Part shown: piece after piece, positions 50,576 through 63,184 of the stretch | Layout of the letters: every line of letters starts with the position of its first letter | Position numbering within the stretch: position 1 is the first letter of the stretch | Origin: Octopus vulgaris | Lineage: Eukaryota | Assembly: GCA_951406725.2 (NCBI GenBank) | Contig: OX597822.1 | Location: forward strand, 30,628,001-30,692,000 | Direction of reading: 5' to 3' | DNA length: 64,000 nt | Program-made: the position numbers and the translations under genes | Notes under the pieces: model-generated | What the model saw: only the letters and a program-made list of their open reading frames with translations | Database searches by the model: none | Told to the model about the DNA's origin: nothing

Positions 50576-53500
50576 ACTTGTGAATGACACATGGAGAGTC
50601 GAAATAATGTGCATTCGTTTCATTTTCATTTTAATAAACAGAGTCAATCTCTATTTATTACCAATAGCAGTTGCGCTCTTCTTCTTGTTTCTTTACCTTC
50701 GTGAAGAGTAACTTCAATCTTGAAATAATATCAAAATCAAGCAGATTGAGAAAATAATTTATTTTATGTTACACCGTATAAAAATTGGGACATTTAAAGG
50801 TCCTGGAAGTTATCTCAAGAGGCAGGACTCCAAGGAGAATCATTAATCAAAATGCAGCTTTTGTGCTTTGTTCCTTATTACCGTTGGTTTATCAGCCTTT
50901 CTGGTTTTGCAGAATGGTAGTATTGAGCTAAATCCTGGACCAACGAAATTTTTGTCATTCAAGAAACAATCGGAAAATGAGAAAACGGCAATTTTATCCG
51001 TTAAACAACTGAATCAGTTTCATGTGAGAATCAAAAGTCATTTAAAAAAAATTTTTGGATACATGCAGATAACAACAGATAATACCTGAAGGTCTTACAT
51101 CAAATATACGAATGTGTTTCAGATAATGGATGCTATTATTTAACACTACAGTTCAAAGTTAGTTTCGTTTGGTGCATACATTAATAAGAATGTGAGTAAC
51201 CTTTAACAGGTATGTTCTTCTAAGAATCGTTTCCATTATTTATGTAATTGTCTGAAGAACTTTGAAGAAAAATAAATTTTATCCCTGAGGGCAAAAGAAA
51301 AAAAAAAGAAAAGAAACTAAAAAAAATGGAAGGTTTCCTATTATGCGGAGCCAATAAATGAGGAAAAAATTTGGTTAAAAAGGATTAATTTGAAGTATGA
51401 AGACCGGTCGGTTTTACTTTCGAAGGAAATGTTATGCACCGACTTGCTGACGATAGCTTGAATATAACAATAGAAAAGTTTCCTGATTTTCCTGTGCTAC
51501 TCACGGTTATTTTCACATACAGATTTTCCTATGTATTGTCCACACCGCACTTTGTTCATACATCACACAAAAAGCAAACATTTTACTTTGTCAGCAATTT
51601 TTTCGGTGGCTGTATAACACAGTTTAAACTTATCCGTCTTACAAGAACTAACCGCACAGATAACTGCTCTCTACTCGCCACAAAACACATAACACCTACA
51701 ATTAAACAAGTTGAAATAAGTAACACCCAGGTTGGTCCATACGATTGTGGTCTTTTTGCGCTTCAATACCCGTTTGAACTGGTCATTCAAAACTCTAGAC
51801 AAGTTTCTATTTGATCCATCAAAAATGCGAGGCCATTTTCAATTTTGTCTTGAGAATAATAAATTTGTTCCTTTTCCAAAAGAGAAAATGTTTCAAATAC
51901 CAACAAAAACGAAACAAGTAACACACTTTTTATCACCCACCCAGAAATGGGTTACTCCTACAAAGCCGAGTAGAAGTTATGACCCTTCACAGAATTATCA
52001 ACAGCCCTTTTTTGACACCTGACAGATTCCATGTCCTAAGTGAGGATTTCCATCAAAGCTCAAAGGAAAAAAGTCAAAACACTGATGCAAGTAATGCCGG
52101 GGAAAACGCTAGACCAAGAAAATTAACCATGCTAGAAAATAAGACGGTAATGAATTTATCAAAGTTAACATTTTTGCCAGACAATATCTCTGTCTTAGAA
52201 CTTGCACTTGGTTTCTGTCCAAGCACTAAGAATTTTGACGAAAATAAATGAACACTAGGAATATACTAGTTTGTCCGTCGTCACAAGCTTCAAGAATAGT
52301 TTTTTGAAAGAATTGGTCAGAAAACTTCAGGTCTGTTAAAAGAAATGATGAAAATTGGATCTAGTATAACTGGATTTTAAAGAATCCAAATTGGTATCCG
52401 GATACAGTTCGGGAGGGACGGTTACAAGCACTGCTGGAATTCCCCGAATCTTGTCAGACAGGAATCAAGGAAAGCCTTAAATCTTGTAAGAAAAAGAGCT
52501 GGAATAACCTTACAGATCCCAGTGTAGCGCACTCAGTCACCTAGCAAACAATGATACTATTGTTATGAAAATGGCGGATAAAGGAGTCGCTGCTGTAACC
52601 TGGACCAGGATGCGTACATTTCAGCTGCTTGTGATGAAGTTTTAAGCGACAAAACTTCTTATGACGAACTGCTTGTAGATCCAAACCTCAATTACAGAGA
52701 GATACTTGATAACATAATTTTTAAAATTGAGGAAAAGAATCTCACAAATGACACGGAATTTAAGCTATTACGTTAAGAAAGAACACCTGTATTTTACGGT
52801 CTTCCAAAAATACTTTAAAAAATTCGAAAAATTTCCTCCGTTGCGCCCAGTATGAAGTAGGTATGAATGTTGCACTACAAAAATTTCAGAATGGCTGGAT
52901 AATTTTCTGCTGCCAGTAGTTAAAAGAGCAAGTTCCTACATTCAGGATACTTTTGATATTGTTTCCAAATTGAAAAAATTCTAAACATCGTAGTAGTGTT
53001 AAAGACGCTTTTTGGTAACCATGGATGTTTCTAAATTATACCCCAAAAATGATGTTTGGAGAAAAGTTTTTTTCCATCAGACGAAGGGATGTGCCATAGG
53101 TGCCCCTATGGCAGTTAATTTCGCAACTGTCTTTCTGACAAAATTTGAAACGCAATTAATGGAGACATTCAAATCCCTGCATTGTCATAAAAATATACTC
53201 TGGTTGCGGTTCATTGACAACTTCTTTTTTGTCTGGAAAGGAACTCAAGATAGTTTAGTCAAATTTTTACATTTCTGTGACTGCTTCGCGAAAGACTATG
53301 GCTTTAAGTCCAACATGAAATTCACATTGAGCTTTTCAAAAACTAGCGTCGAACTTTTTCGTCACAAACGTCAAGTTTTCGGGAGACCGGTTAGTCACAG
53401 AATTACTTTGCAAACCCACGTCATCCCAAATTTACCTCCACTACCACTCTCATCGTCCACATCATACAATCATATCAAATCTGAAGTCACAGTTTTTGAG

Positions 53501-54665
53501 GATAAGACGTATTTGCACAGATATTGGGGATTACTGGAAACATGCAAATACTTTTCTGCAGCATTATGTAAAGTGCGGTTATAGTGAATCCAGATCAAAG
53601 GAAATCAGGAATGGCAGAGCTGAAATTAGTAGTGATAATCAAACTTTCACGCATAATTTTATCAGTCAGAAAAGAGCTCATGGCCGAATTCATTTCGTGA
53701 TTAACTGGTACTGAAGTTTCGCTGACATTTCAAAAGTGTTGCATGACAGTTACCAAAAATATCCTAATTTCCGACAAATATTTCCTCTTCCGCCTTTTAT
53801 AGCCTTTAGACGTAATAGAAATATTAGAGAAATATTGACCAGTACCTCTAATTTTTGTTCACTGCACCCCCAAAAGCACCCATAAGAGATGCAAGCCCTG
53901 TTCGTTGTGTAATAGCGAGTCAGACCAATTCCATCAAAAATTATAACAGAAATGTTATGATTTACACAGAAGCGGGGACCTGAAAGTATTCTCATTTGAT
54001 GTATGCAGCGGAATGCACCAAACACAAAATGATTTATGCTGGTTGCACAATAGAATGATTGCATAAAAGATGTAACGGACATAGGTACGACGTCAGGCAC
54101 AATAAATGTGGTTCCATGGAACTTGCAGAGCATTTCACATCAAACGGGTGTAAATCTGAGGACCTGAAGGTGCACATTCTAAAAAATACCCTCACTCCAC
54201 TGCACATTCAGTCTCCAAGACCCATGAGGATAGATAAATTTGTGAGCTGTTGACATCTCAACCTAGAGGAATTAATAAAATGGCAGGTGAATTCCACCAT
54301 ATTTATACCAAACATTTTGGCTGAATATTTTCTTCTCCAATTCTTTTATTTCTTTCTGTTTTTTTTTATTATTCTTTCTTTCCTTCCTTGTGTTACCTTT
54401 TGTGAAAGACGGAAGACTGATGACGTCGTTTTACTTGGAAAGAAAGGCAGTTTTCCCGGTTTAATTTTGTATATCTCAGCGTTCCCTATCCTTGATTTTT
54501 AATTTGGTTTTATATTTTGAACTTGTAAAAGACGCACGGAGACCCGAATTATTGTTCATTCGCTACATTTTCGTTTTAATAAACAGAGTCAATCTCTATT
54601 TATTACTAATAAGAGTCACGCTCTGCTTGTTTCCTTAACTTTGTGAAGAGTAATTTCAATCTTGA

Positions 54666-54666
<1 letters not shown>
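50576..54666 (+). mobile_element. Degenerate, near full-length Penelope-like element with direct pseudo-LTRs, 2A-like motif, protease-like insert, RT and GIY-YIG
   Basis: Direct repeats 50576-50724 and 54520-54666. Motifs in order: GSIELNPGP; SHL..FLDTC..IIPEGL; QVGPYDCGLFA; VMNLS..LGFCPS; ADKG; FYGLPK; LRPV; VTMDVSKLYP; GCAIGAPMA; RFIDN; LRIRRIC; KRCNGHRYDV..LAEHF. Confidence 0.88.
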
Positions 54667-54728
<62 letters not shown>

Positions 54729-54804
54729 GTTACTAATAGTAGTAGTAGTGGTGGTGGTGGTAGTGGTAGTGGTGGTAGTGGTGGTGGTGGTGGTGGTAGT
54801 GGTG

Positions 54805-54846
<42 letters not shown>
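54666..54846. repeat. (ATT)n + (GTA/GTG)n microsatellite abutting the PLE 3' end
   Basis: Seen directly. Confidence 0.95.
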
Positions 54847-54847
<1 letters not shown>

Positions 54848-55269
54848 GAGAAGCAGCTGCAACAAAGTTAGTAGTATGTAGGAAGGTCACGTATCATTGT
54901 TTCGTTTCCTTAAAATAGAAATATTTTTGACATCACGGAAATAAACTAGGCAGCAATACGAAAGTTGTTATTACAGAGAAATAGCTGGGGATTGTTAGGA
55001 ATGGCCGATGTAAAAATAGAATCAAGAATAATATGCTAGAATGGTAGGAAATAAAGAGGAGGATGAACAGGAAGAGAAATTAGAAAAATCATGTAGGCGG
55101 CGTGGCTAGCTTCTTTGAGATCAGTTTTAGTTCAAATTTATCAATCACCTACGTTATTTGATTTCACGTAGTAATAATTATAACTACATGGTGTTTTGAA
55201 TAAATTCGACACGTACATTTGTCGGATAGTTCATCCGCATATACACAAATACGCATATACCTACATACA

Positions 55270-55303
<34 letters not shown>

Positions 55304-55564
55304 CATATATATACATATATACATATATATATGAGTAAATAAGTAAATAAATGGAGTTGAACGCAGATGCTATTCAAATTCTTTTACTTTCGACATATGT
55401 TTCGAAGACAACATTGGTTTTATTCCAAAGGAATTTTCCATGTTAACGGTAAACAAAGGATAATTCATTCATCCATTTTATATATATATATATCGTTGAA
55501 GTTCATAGGAAAACAAAAGACGAAGACAGATGTATGAACAACAAGCAAGTGTAACAGTTTGGAG

Positions 55565-55641
55565 CCCAACTAAGTACTAACTAGGCTCGACTTTGCTTAA
55601 CTTCGGTGATCGGACGAGAACCGGTGTTTTCAAGGTGTCAT
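55565..55641 (-). pseudogene. 5S rRNA pseudogene fragment (approx. nt 11-88)
   Basis: TTGAAAACACCGGTTCTCGTCCGATCACCGAAGTTAAGCAAAGTCGAGCCTAGTTAGTACTTAGTTGGG resembles metazoan 5S rRNA, including boxes A and IE. Confidence 0.85.
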
Positions 55642-55751
55642 AACCTCTCTTGTTACACAAGTAGTCCAAATAAGAGAGATAGCAAAATAAAATATTTTTA
55701 TTAACAAATAATCCAATTGACTTTTTCTTGCTCTAATATGCAGTCAAATAT

Positions 55752-56337
55752 TGTTTTCTATTCTAGGCACAAGACCCGACATTTTGGGGGAGGGAGCCAG
55801 TCGATTACACCGACCCCAGTACGCAATTGGTACTTATTTAATCGACCCCGAAAGGATGAAAGGTAAAGTTGACCTCGGCGGAATTTGAACTCAGAACGCA
55901 AAGATAGACGAAATACCTATTTCTTTACTACCCACAAGGGGCTAAACACAGAGAGGACAAACAAGGACAGAGAAACGGATTAAGTCGATTATATTGACCC
56001 CCAGTGCGTTGTTGGTACTTATTTAATCGACCCCGAAAGGATGAAAGGCAAAGTCGACCTCGGCGGAATTTGAACTCAGAACGTAACGGCAGACGAAATA
56101 CCTATTTCTTTACAACCCACAAGGGGCTACACACACAGAGGGGACAAACGAGGACAGACAAACGGATTAAGTCGATTACATCGACCCCAGTGCGTAACTG
56201 GTACTTATTTAATCGACCCCGAAAGGATGAAAGGCAAAGTCGTCCTCGGCGGAATTTGAACTCAGAACGTAACGACAGACGAAATACGGCTACGCATTTC
56301 GCCCGGCGTGCTAACGTTTCTGCCAGCCCGCCGCCTT
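55752..56337 (-). mobile_element. SINE family C with tandemly repeated ~185-bp body
   Basis: Single head at 56337; three copies of the CCCCGAAAGGATGAAAGG core (~55846, ~56031, ~56217). Confidence 0.9.
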
Positions 56338-57366
56338 GTATGCAGTCAAATATTGAAAATATTTACTTGATTTTAGCTTAGCTGTAGCGTATTGTTTAAT
56401 CAACTCAATGCTATTGAAATCTTTCAACGTAATTAATTGCGATGCCAGGAGTGTGAAAATTAATTAGATGTTAGATGTCAGGGCAAAAAATTGTTAATAG
56501 TTGGTCCCATGTAATTTGCAGTTCAGTGTTGAGGGTTTTGTTAATGAGGCATCAGTGTATTCAAAGCGACTTTGTAGACATGAAACACTCCTCATGCTCG
56601 CACAAGCGGAAATTTGTTCCACTTATATGAAAGTATGTGTACGATGCTTTGTGACTTATCCATCATATTAGAAAATTAACAATATGCATTTCGTAAAAAG
56701 TGATGCTATCTTACATTTCATATTCTATTGACATTATACCTTAGGGTTTGAAGCTATAAGACTTAATAAACTATTCTGAGCAAGTAAATTATTTAAGCTG
56801 TGCATCATAAAATAGGGGTATGTTATAAAATGAAAACCTGATGTGTCAGAAAAGAATGGATACCATATTTGAAATCAGCATCAGAAAATTAACTAAAAAA
56901 ACAACCACAAAACCGAAATCAGCAAAAAAAAAAACAAAAAAAAAATATGTTGGCTAGGGTAATTTATTCTGCATTGTACACCGTTTAATTACACATAGAA
57001 AACCTCATAGACAACATTATAAATGACAAAATTATAAATCTCTGACATAGTTGTTATTCTGAAAGTTTACTGTAATGTACTCTCAACACGTCAAGCCACT
57101 TCAGTCCCTTGGCAATTTTTCTCCTCCTTCCACATAGTTTTCTATGTCACTGAACAATAAGCGAATGGGTTTTATCTAGAACGCAGACGCAGTGATACAC
57201 CTTCAACATATATGACATCTGAGCCGTAAAAAGTCACCTTACAATCCACGCATATATTTATATACTTCCTTTGGTGGTATAAACTGAAACAATGAAACAA
57301 ATAACAAACGAAGCGTGTGACGAAATTAAATAAGAAAGTAGAAACGATTCATACATTAAAAATTAA

Positions 57367-57427
<61 letters not shown>

Positions 57428-57576
57428 ATTAGAGACGGGAAAACGGGGTTTCGGTTCTGACATTAAACAGCATTTAAATCATTAATGAATATCAAATGAA
57501 ACATTTTTTGTCTGGTTTTATTGACTGAGTTACTATAAATCCCAGTGCACTGTTATGAAACTATATATATAATATA

Positions 57577-57676
<100 letters not shown>

Positions 57677-57679
57677 CAT

Positions 57680-59675
57680 TCAACAACAATGAAAAGGCTA
57701 GAGCTGGAAAAACTTCATCTGCAGACCGACATGAAAACCTCCATTGAAAATCAAAGAGCTGTGGAGGAACAGTGGGTAATCAAAAACATCAAACAGAACC
57801 CAAAAGTGTTCTATTCTTATGCAAATAAGCATAGAACCACTGTCTCACCCATTGGGTCATTGATTGATGATAACGGCATTCCCCAACACGATGCTAAAGA
57901 AATGGCAGAAATACTGCTCTGTCTTTAGTATTCCCACTGATATTGGCGTAAGAGAAGCGAACGAAGTTGACTCCCAACATAAAATCTCAGACATAACCTT
58001 CACTGCCACTGACATCATAGCAGCAATAAATGAGGTCAAATACTACTCTGCTGTAGGCCCTGATAGATTCCCCGCTAGTCTCCTGAAGGTATGTAAACAC
58101 CAACTTGCAGTCCCTCTGACCAACCTCTGGAGAAATTCGTTAGACGTAGGTTATATACCGAAACAGTTTCTATCCCAGTCAGTCATCCCGGTTTTCAAAC
58201 AGGAAACAGATCCCTCGCACTCAACTATCGCCCAATCTCACTCACCTCCCACATCATTAAAGTGTTTGAAAGAGTGTTAAGATCAAGGATAGCTGACTTC
58301 CTGGAGACCCACAAACTCCTAAATGCAAGTCAGCATGGCTTTCGCTGTGGCAGGGACTGTCTAACACAGCTCTTACACCACATTGAAGATGTACTCAAAG
58401 CCTTGGGAACAGGTTCGAACTCTGACGTCATATATCTTAACTTCAGTAAAGCGTTCGACAGGGTAGACCATAATATCATACTCTCCAAATTGGCAAACGT
58501 TGGAATCCGTGGAAAAGTTCTACACTGGATTAAGTATTTCCTGGCGAATAGAACACATGTTGTAGTTGATGGAGTCCACTCAAGCCCAGCAAAAGTCACC
58601 AGCGGTGTCCCCCAGGGGACTGTCTTGGGTCCGCTATTCTTCATAATTTACATAAACAACCTTTCCAGTGTCGTACATTACTGCAAAGTGAAAATATTTT
58701 CTGATGACACTAAGCTCCAGCAAATCGTCAATGAAGAAGCAGACCGAACTCAACTCCAGTCTGATCTATATGCTGTGAGTCAATGGGCAAACAGAAACAA
58801 AATGCAACTGAACGAGGGAAATATTGAGCTGATGCATTTTGGAAGAAATTCCTCACTAAAACAGCCATACTCTCTTCCTTCAGGGGAACAGCTCACTGCC
58901 TCTAACAATTTCAGAGACCTGGGTGTAATTGTTGATGACGATCTCAGTTGGAGTGCACACATCAACAAGAAGGTCGATATAGCTCGAAGGATGAGTTCCT
59001 GGATCTTAAGAACTTTCCGGTCCAGAGAACAAGGTGTCATCATACCACTTTTCTCCTCCTTTGTACGGCCACACCTCGAATACTGCTGCCCAGTGGTCTC
59101 CCCATACAAGACAAAACATCTCGAGGATTGAATCACCCCAGAGGGCACTCACTAAACGAATTGAAGGCATGGCTGCTCTCGATTATTGGGATCGCCTTAA
59201 AGCCTTGAAACTCTACTCTCTCCAGCGTCGCCGTGAGCGGTACATCATTTGTACGATGTGGAGAATATACCGCCAACTTTACCCAAACGACCTGAACATT
59301 AGCTTCAAGGTTCATCCAAGACTGGGACCACGGGCCATACGTCCCCTGCCCAATTCAAGATCACAGCATACATGCACACTGCAACATAATTTATTTTCCT
59401 CAACAGGCCCTGCCCTATTTAACATTGTCCCGAAAGAGATCAAAGAGGAAAAGGATCCCATCAACTTTAAACGGAGTCTGGATAGATTCCTTCAAAGAAT
59501 ACCAGATAAGCCATCCATAATTGGATACAACTCACCCAACAAAAACTCACTACTTGAATGGACCATAAACAAAACTTGACTTGAACAGGATTCAAATAAT
59601 CCTATCAGGTGGTGCTATTAAGTTAGACATGGCCAGGACCAATCTTTGGTCGAAACATATCTAAGCTTATCTAAA
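57680..59675 (+). mobile_element. 5'-truncated, frameshifted CR1/L2-group LINE
   Basis: IKQNPKVFYSY, GPDRFP, QHGFRCGRDC, FSKAFDRVDH, SGVPQGTVLGP, FSDDT, LYSLQRRRER; stem-loop 3' tail. Confidence 0.92.
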
Positions 59676-59708
59676 TTTATATATATATATATGTATGTAT
59701 ATATATCT

Positions 59709-59761
<53 letters not shown>

Positions 59762-59765
<4 letters not shown>

Positions 59766-60232
59766 TGAATGTGGCTAGGCACGGGGGGGGGGGTTACTGA
59801 TGCTTTTAGCCCCAGGCGATCAACGTCACCAGAAGGACTTTAGACACTATCTCAGTGTCCTTGTGTTGTTTGTAAAGGGAGGTCATCCCCCCTCGAAGAT
59901 CCGGGTACTACATACGGACTATAGTTTCGAGGTCATTGCCTCTTGTCAACGCATGGTAAGCATGGTAAGTCCTTCTGGTGACGTTGATTGCCTAACCACA
60001 TTCAGATGGCTGATACCCCTTACGTTGTCGAGCAGTTACTGTTTATATCTCGTTCAGAGATTTATTATTGTTTTCAGACAGTTATTCTACATCAGTGACA
60101 GTGGTTACTGTGAAAAACATTATATATTGTTTGTAAAGGGAATCCTTCATCGAAGGCCGGTGCTTGGCATCAAAGGGAATCCTTCATCGAAGGCCGGTGC
60201 TTACCATGCGTTGACAAGAGGCAATGACCGGT
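59762..60232. mobile_element. Rearranged PLE-type/retrozyme-like element with a U3:A8 hammerhead (59912-59954, -)
   Basis: On -: ATGCG | TTGACAA | GAGG caatga CCTC | GAA | ACTATAGT | C | CGTAT. Three inverted-repeat pairs and a 36-bp tandem duplication. Confidence 0.75.
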
Positions 60233-60494
60233 CACCCTTGCTCTCACTACACATTCCACATATGGTTTATACTGTGTTTCAGCTGCACAGGAGTGGCTAT
60301 GTGGTAAGAAGCTTGCTTCCCAACCACATTGTTTGAAGTTCCTCCCACTGCATGGCACCTTGGGCAAATGTCTTGTACTATGCAGACCAACCCCTTTTCT
60401 GCAGTTTGAGTAACTGGGGTTGATTTTTTGATTAAAGGTGGTTCCAGCATGACCCTTTTCAAATGCATTTGAGTAACTTTCAATCCAAAGTTTG

Positions 60495-60830
60495 GTACAT
60501 GGCTCACAGGTTAGAGCGTCGAGCTTACGATCGTGAAGAATTTTAATTACGATCGTATCCCGGACCGGGCTGCGTGTTGTGTTCTTGAGCAAGGCACTTT
60601 ATTTCACGTTGCTCCAGTTCACTCAGCTGTAGAAATGAGTTGCGACGTCACTGGTGCCAAGCTGTATCGGCCTTTGCCTTTCCCTTGGATAACACTGGTG
60701 GCGTGGAGAGGGGAGGCCGGTATGCATGGGCGACTGCTGGTCTTCCATAAACAACCTTGCCCGGATTTGTGCCTGGGAGGGTAACTTTCTAGTTGCAAAC
60801 CCATGGTCAATCATGACCGAAGAGGGTCTC
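60495..60830 (+). mobile_element. tRNA-derived SINE with a conserved central domain
   Basis: tRNA-like head followed by GTGTTCTTGAGCAAGGCACTTTATTTCACGTTGCTCCAGTTCACTCAGCTGTAGAAATGAGT. Confidence 0.75.
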
Positions 60831-60845
60831 AGCATATATAAAATG

Positions 60846-60879
<34 letters not shown>

Positions 60880-61142
60880 AGCGTGTGCGTGTGTGTACGT
60901 CTCTGTGCGTCATTCAGAGCATTTTCATGTGGAGAAACGTAGTAATTTCCGTCACGTTTTTCAAGTGCACATATGTTTTTTAACTCTTACTGATAATTAC
61001 CTCTTCTCTAATTCCGAAATGCCAAGTTACGGGAAGTTATCAAAACCAAGAGCAGTTATGAAGCGGTGGGGGATGCGGGAGACACAGACACAAAGATACA
61101 CGTATGTGTGTGCATGTGTGTGTGTGTGTGCGTGTGTGTATA

Positions 61143-61546
61143 GGCGCAGGAAAGGCTGTGTGGTAAGTAGATTCCATACCAACCACATGGTTCCGGGTTC
61201 ATTCGCACTGCGTCGCACCTTGGACAAGTGTCTTCTACTATAGCCTCGGGCCGACCAAATCCTTGTGAGTGGATCTGGTAGGCGGAAACTGAAAGAAGCC
61301 CGTCGTATATATGTATATGTATATGTATGTGTGTATATGTTTGTGTGTCTGTGTTTACGTCCCCCAACATCGCTTGACAACCGATGCCGGTGTGTTTACG
61401 TCCCCGTAACTTAGTGGTTCAGCAAAAGAGACCGATAGAATAAGTACTAGGCTTACAAAGAATAAATCCTGGGGTCGATTTGCTCGACTAAAGGCGGTGC
61501 TCCAGCATGGCCGCAGTGAAATGACTGAAACAAGTAAAAGAGTAAA
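61143..61546 (+). mobile_element. SINE family B, full length
   Basis: tRNA-like head, internal (TG/TA)n, LINE-like tail GGCGGTGCTCCAGCATGGCCGCAG..GAAACAAGTAAAAGAG. Confidence 0.92.
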
Positions 61547-61969
61547 AATGTGTGTGTGAAGATCGGCTGCTACACAGTGTCTGCCCTTCAAATTTACTCA
61601 TAAAGCATTTCTATAGTAGAAAACACATGCTTATTGTGCCGTGTAGTGAGACTGAGCTAGAAAGCTCGCGGTTGCAAGTCAAGCTTTTAACTATAGAGTC
61701 TTGCTTGCGACTATGCTAAAATTTTCAGTTTCTTCTTTATCTCTTTCCCAGATACATTATTTACATTATTTAAATTTGACGGATATTTGTCCTCATCTTG
61801 TGTGTTGTTAACTCTTAAATATAGAACTGTCTTTCCCAGATATTTTCACAATATACTTTACTATATTAATTCTTAACAGAAATGTCTATATATTATTCCA
61901 TCGTTTTTTCATACATACGATTCGGTTAAATTTATACTTGTCTTCGGTACGTCGAAGTGGGCAATTCCA

Positions 61970-62018
<49 letters not shown>

Positions 62019-62028
62019 GTTGTTGTTG

Positions 62029-62087
<59 letters not shown>

Positions 62088-62091
62088 GTTG

Positions 62092-62153
<62 letters not shown>
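61970..62153. repeat. (ATT)n/(GTT)n microsatellite
   Basis: Seen directly. Confidence 0.95.
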
Positions 62154-62532
62154 GCCTTTTATTCATTTTACACTGTTTATTGTGTAATATACAATTCAGG
62201 CATTATATTTATATTCTTGTACGAAATAAGTAAATACTGTAGTGCTGTGTATATTGTGCTACATGAAGGAAACACAGAAAGTTTTGTATAATGCACTGCT
62301 TTCTATGGAATTTTTATGACAGGCGTTGTTCAAATTACTTTGAACGTTGGATATAAATTAAGTATTTTGATATACATAAGATGAGTTCAAATCCTACTAA
62401 GATGAACTTTGCCTTACATACATTCAACGTCGATAAAATATAGTACCAAACTCGATGGTTGGTATCGATTTAACCCCTCTCCTCAAAATTGTTAATCTCA
62501 CGCCTGAATTAGAAGCCATTATATAGTTAACG

Positions 62533-62836
62533 TGGAGGCGCAATGGCCCAGTGGTTAGAGCAGCGGACTGGCGGTTGTAGCATCGCGGTTTCGATTCCCA
62601 GACCGGGCGTTGTGAGTGTTTATTGAGCGAAAACACCTAAAGCTCCACAAGGCTCCAGCAGGGGGGAGGGGAGAGTGGCGATCCCCACAACTTTCTCTTA
62701 CTCTTTCTTCTGTTGGCTTGCTCGCTTAGCCAGCGGGATGGCGTGATTTGAAGGCTAAAACAATGCGAAGCGCATTGTGAGCGGCGATGTGTAGCAACAT
62801 CTGATAGCCTGGTCGGTCACGGTGATCACGGTGATA
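62533..62836 (+). mobile_element. SINE family A, full length
   Basis: tRNA-like head with A/B boxes; tail GGTCGGTCACGGTGATCACGGTGATA. Confidence 0.9.
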
Positions 62837-62878
62837 TATTTAACACGGAAGAATAAAAATATCTATCCTTTGGAACCA

Positions 62879-63184
62879 TGGAGGTACATGGCCTAGTGGT
62901 TAGAGCAGCGGGCTCGCGGTCGAGGGATCGCGGGTTCGAATCTCAGACCGAGTTGATGTGTGTGTTTATGAGCGAAACACCTAAGTTCCACGCGGCTCCG
63001 GCAGAAGGTAATGGCGAACTTCGGCTGACTCTTTTGCCACAACTTTCTCTTACTCTTTCCTCCTGCATCTTGCAGCTCACCTGCGACGAATCCGGCGTCC
63101 CGTCCAGGTGGGGAACCTTTACGCCAAGGAAACCGGGAAAACGGCCCTAATGAGCCAGGTATGGCTCGAGAAGGAACAAACAAT
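62879..63184 (+). mobile_element. tRNA-derived SINE related to family A, with a different 3' tail
   Basis: TGGCCTAGTGGTTAGAGCAGCG...GGGTTCGAATCTC head; tail GGAAACCGGGAAAACGGCCC..GAGAAGGAACAAACAA. Confidence 0.85.

Noticed and set aside
50576-50620. Hammerhead in the pseudo-LTRs of the 50.6-54.7 kb PLE
   Set aside because: GAC..GTC-GAAA and a TGAAC/GTTCA stem are suggestive, but the core cannot be reconstructed from two decayed copies.
55752-56337. CRISPR-like or satellite array
   Set aside because: Units are SINE bodies with no unique spacers, in eukaryotic context.
62533-62960. Functional tRNA genes at SINE heads
   Set aside because: No complete acceptor stems; they continue into SINE bodies present in multiple copies.
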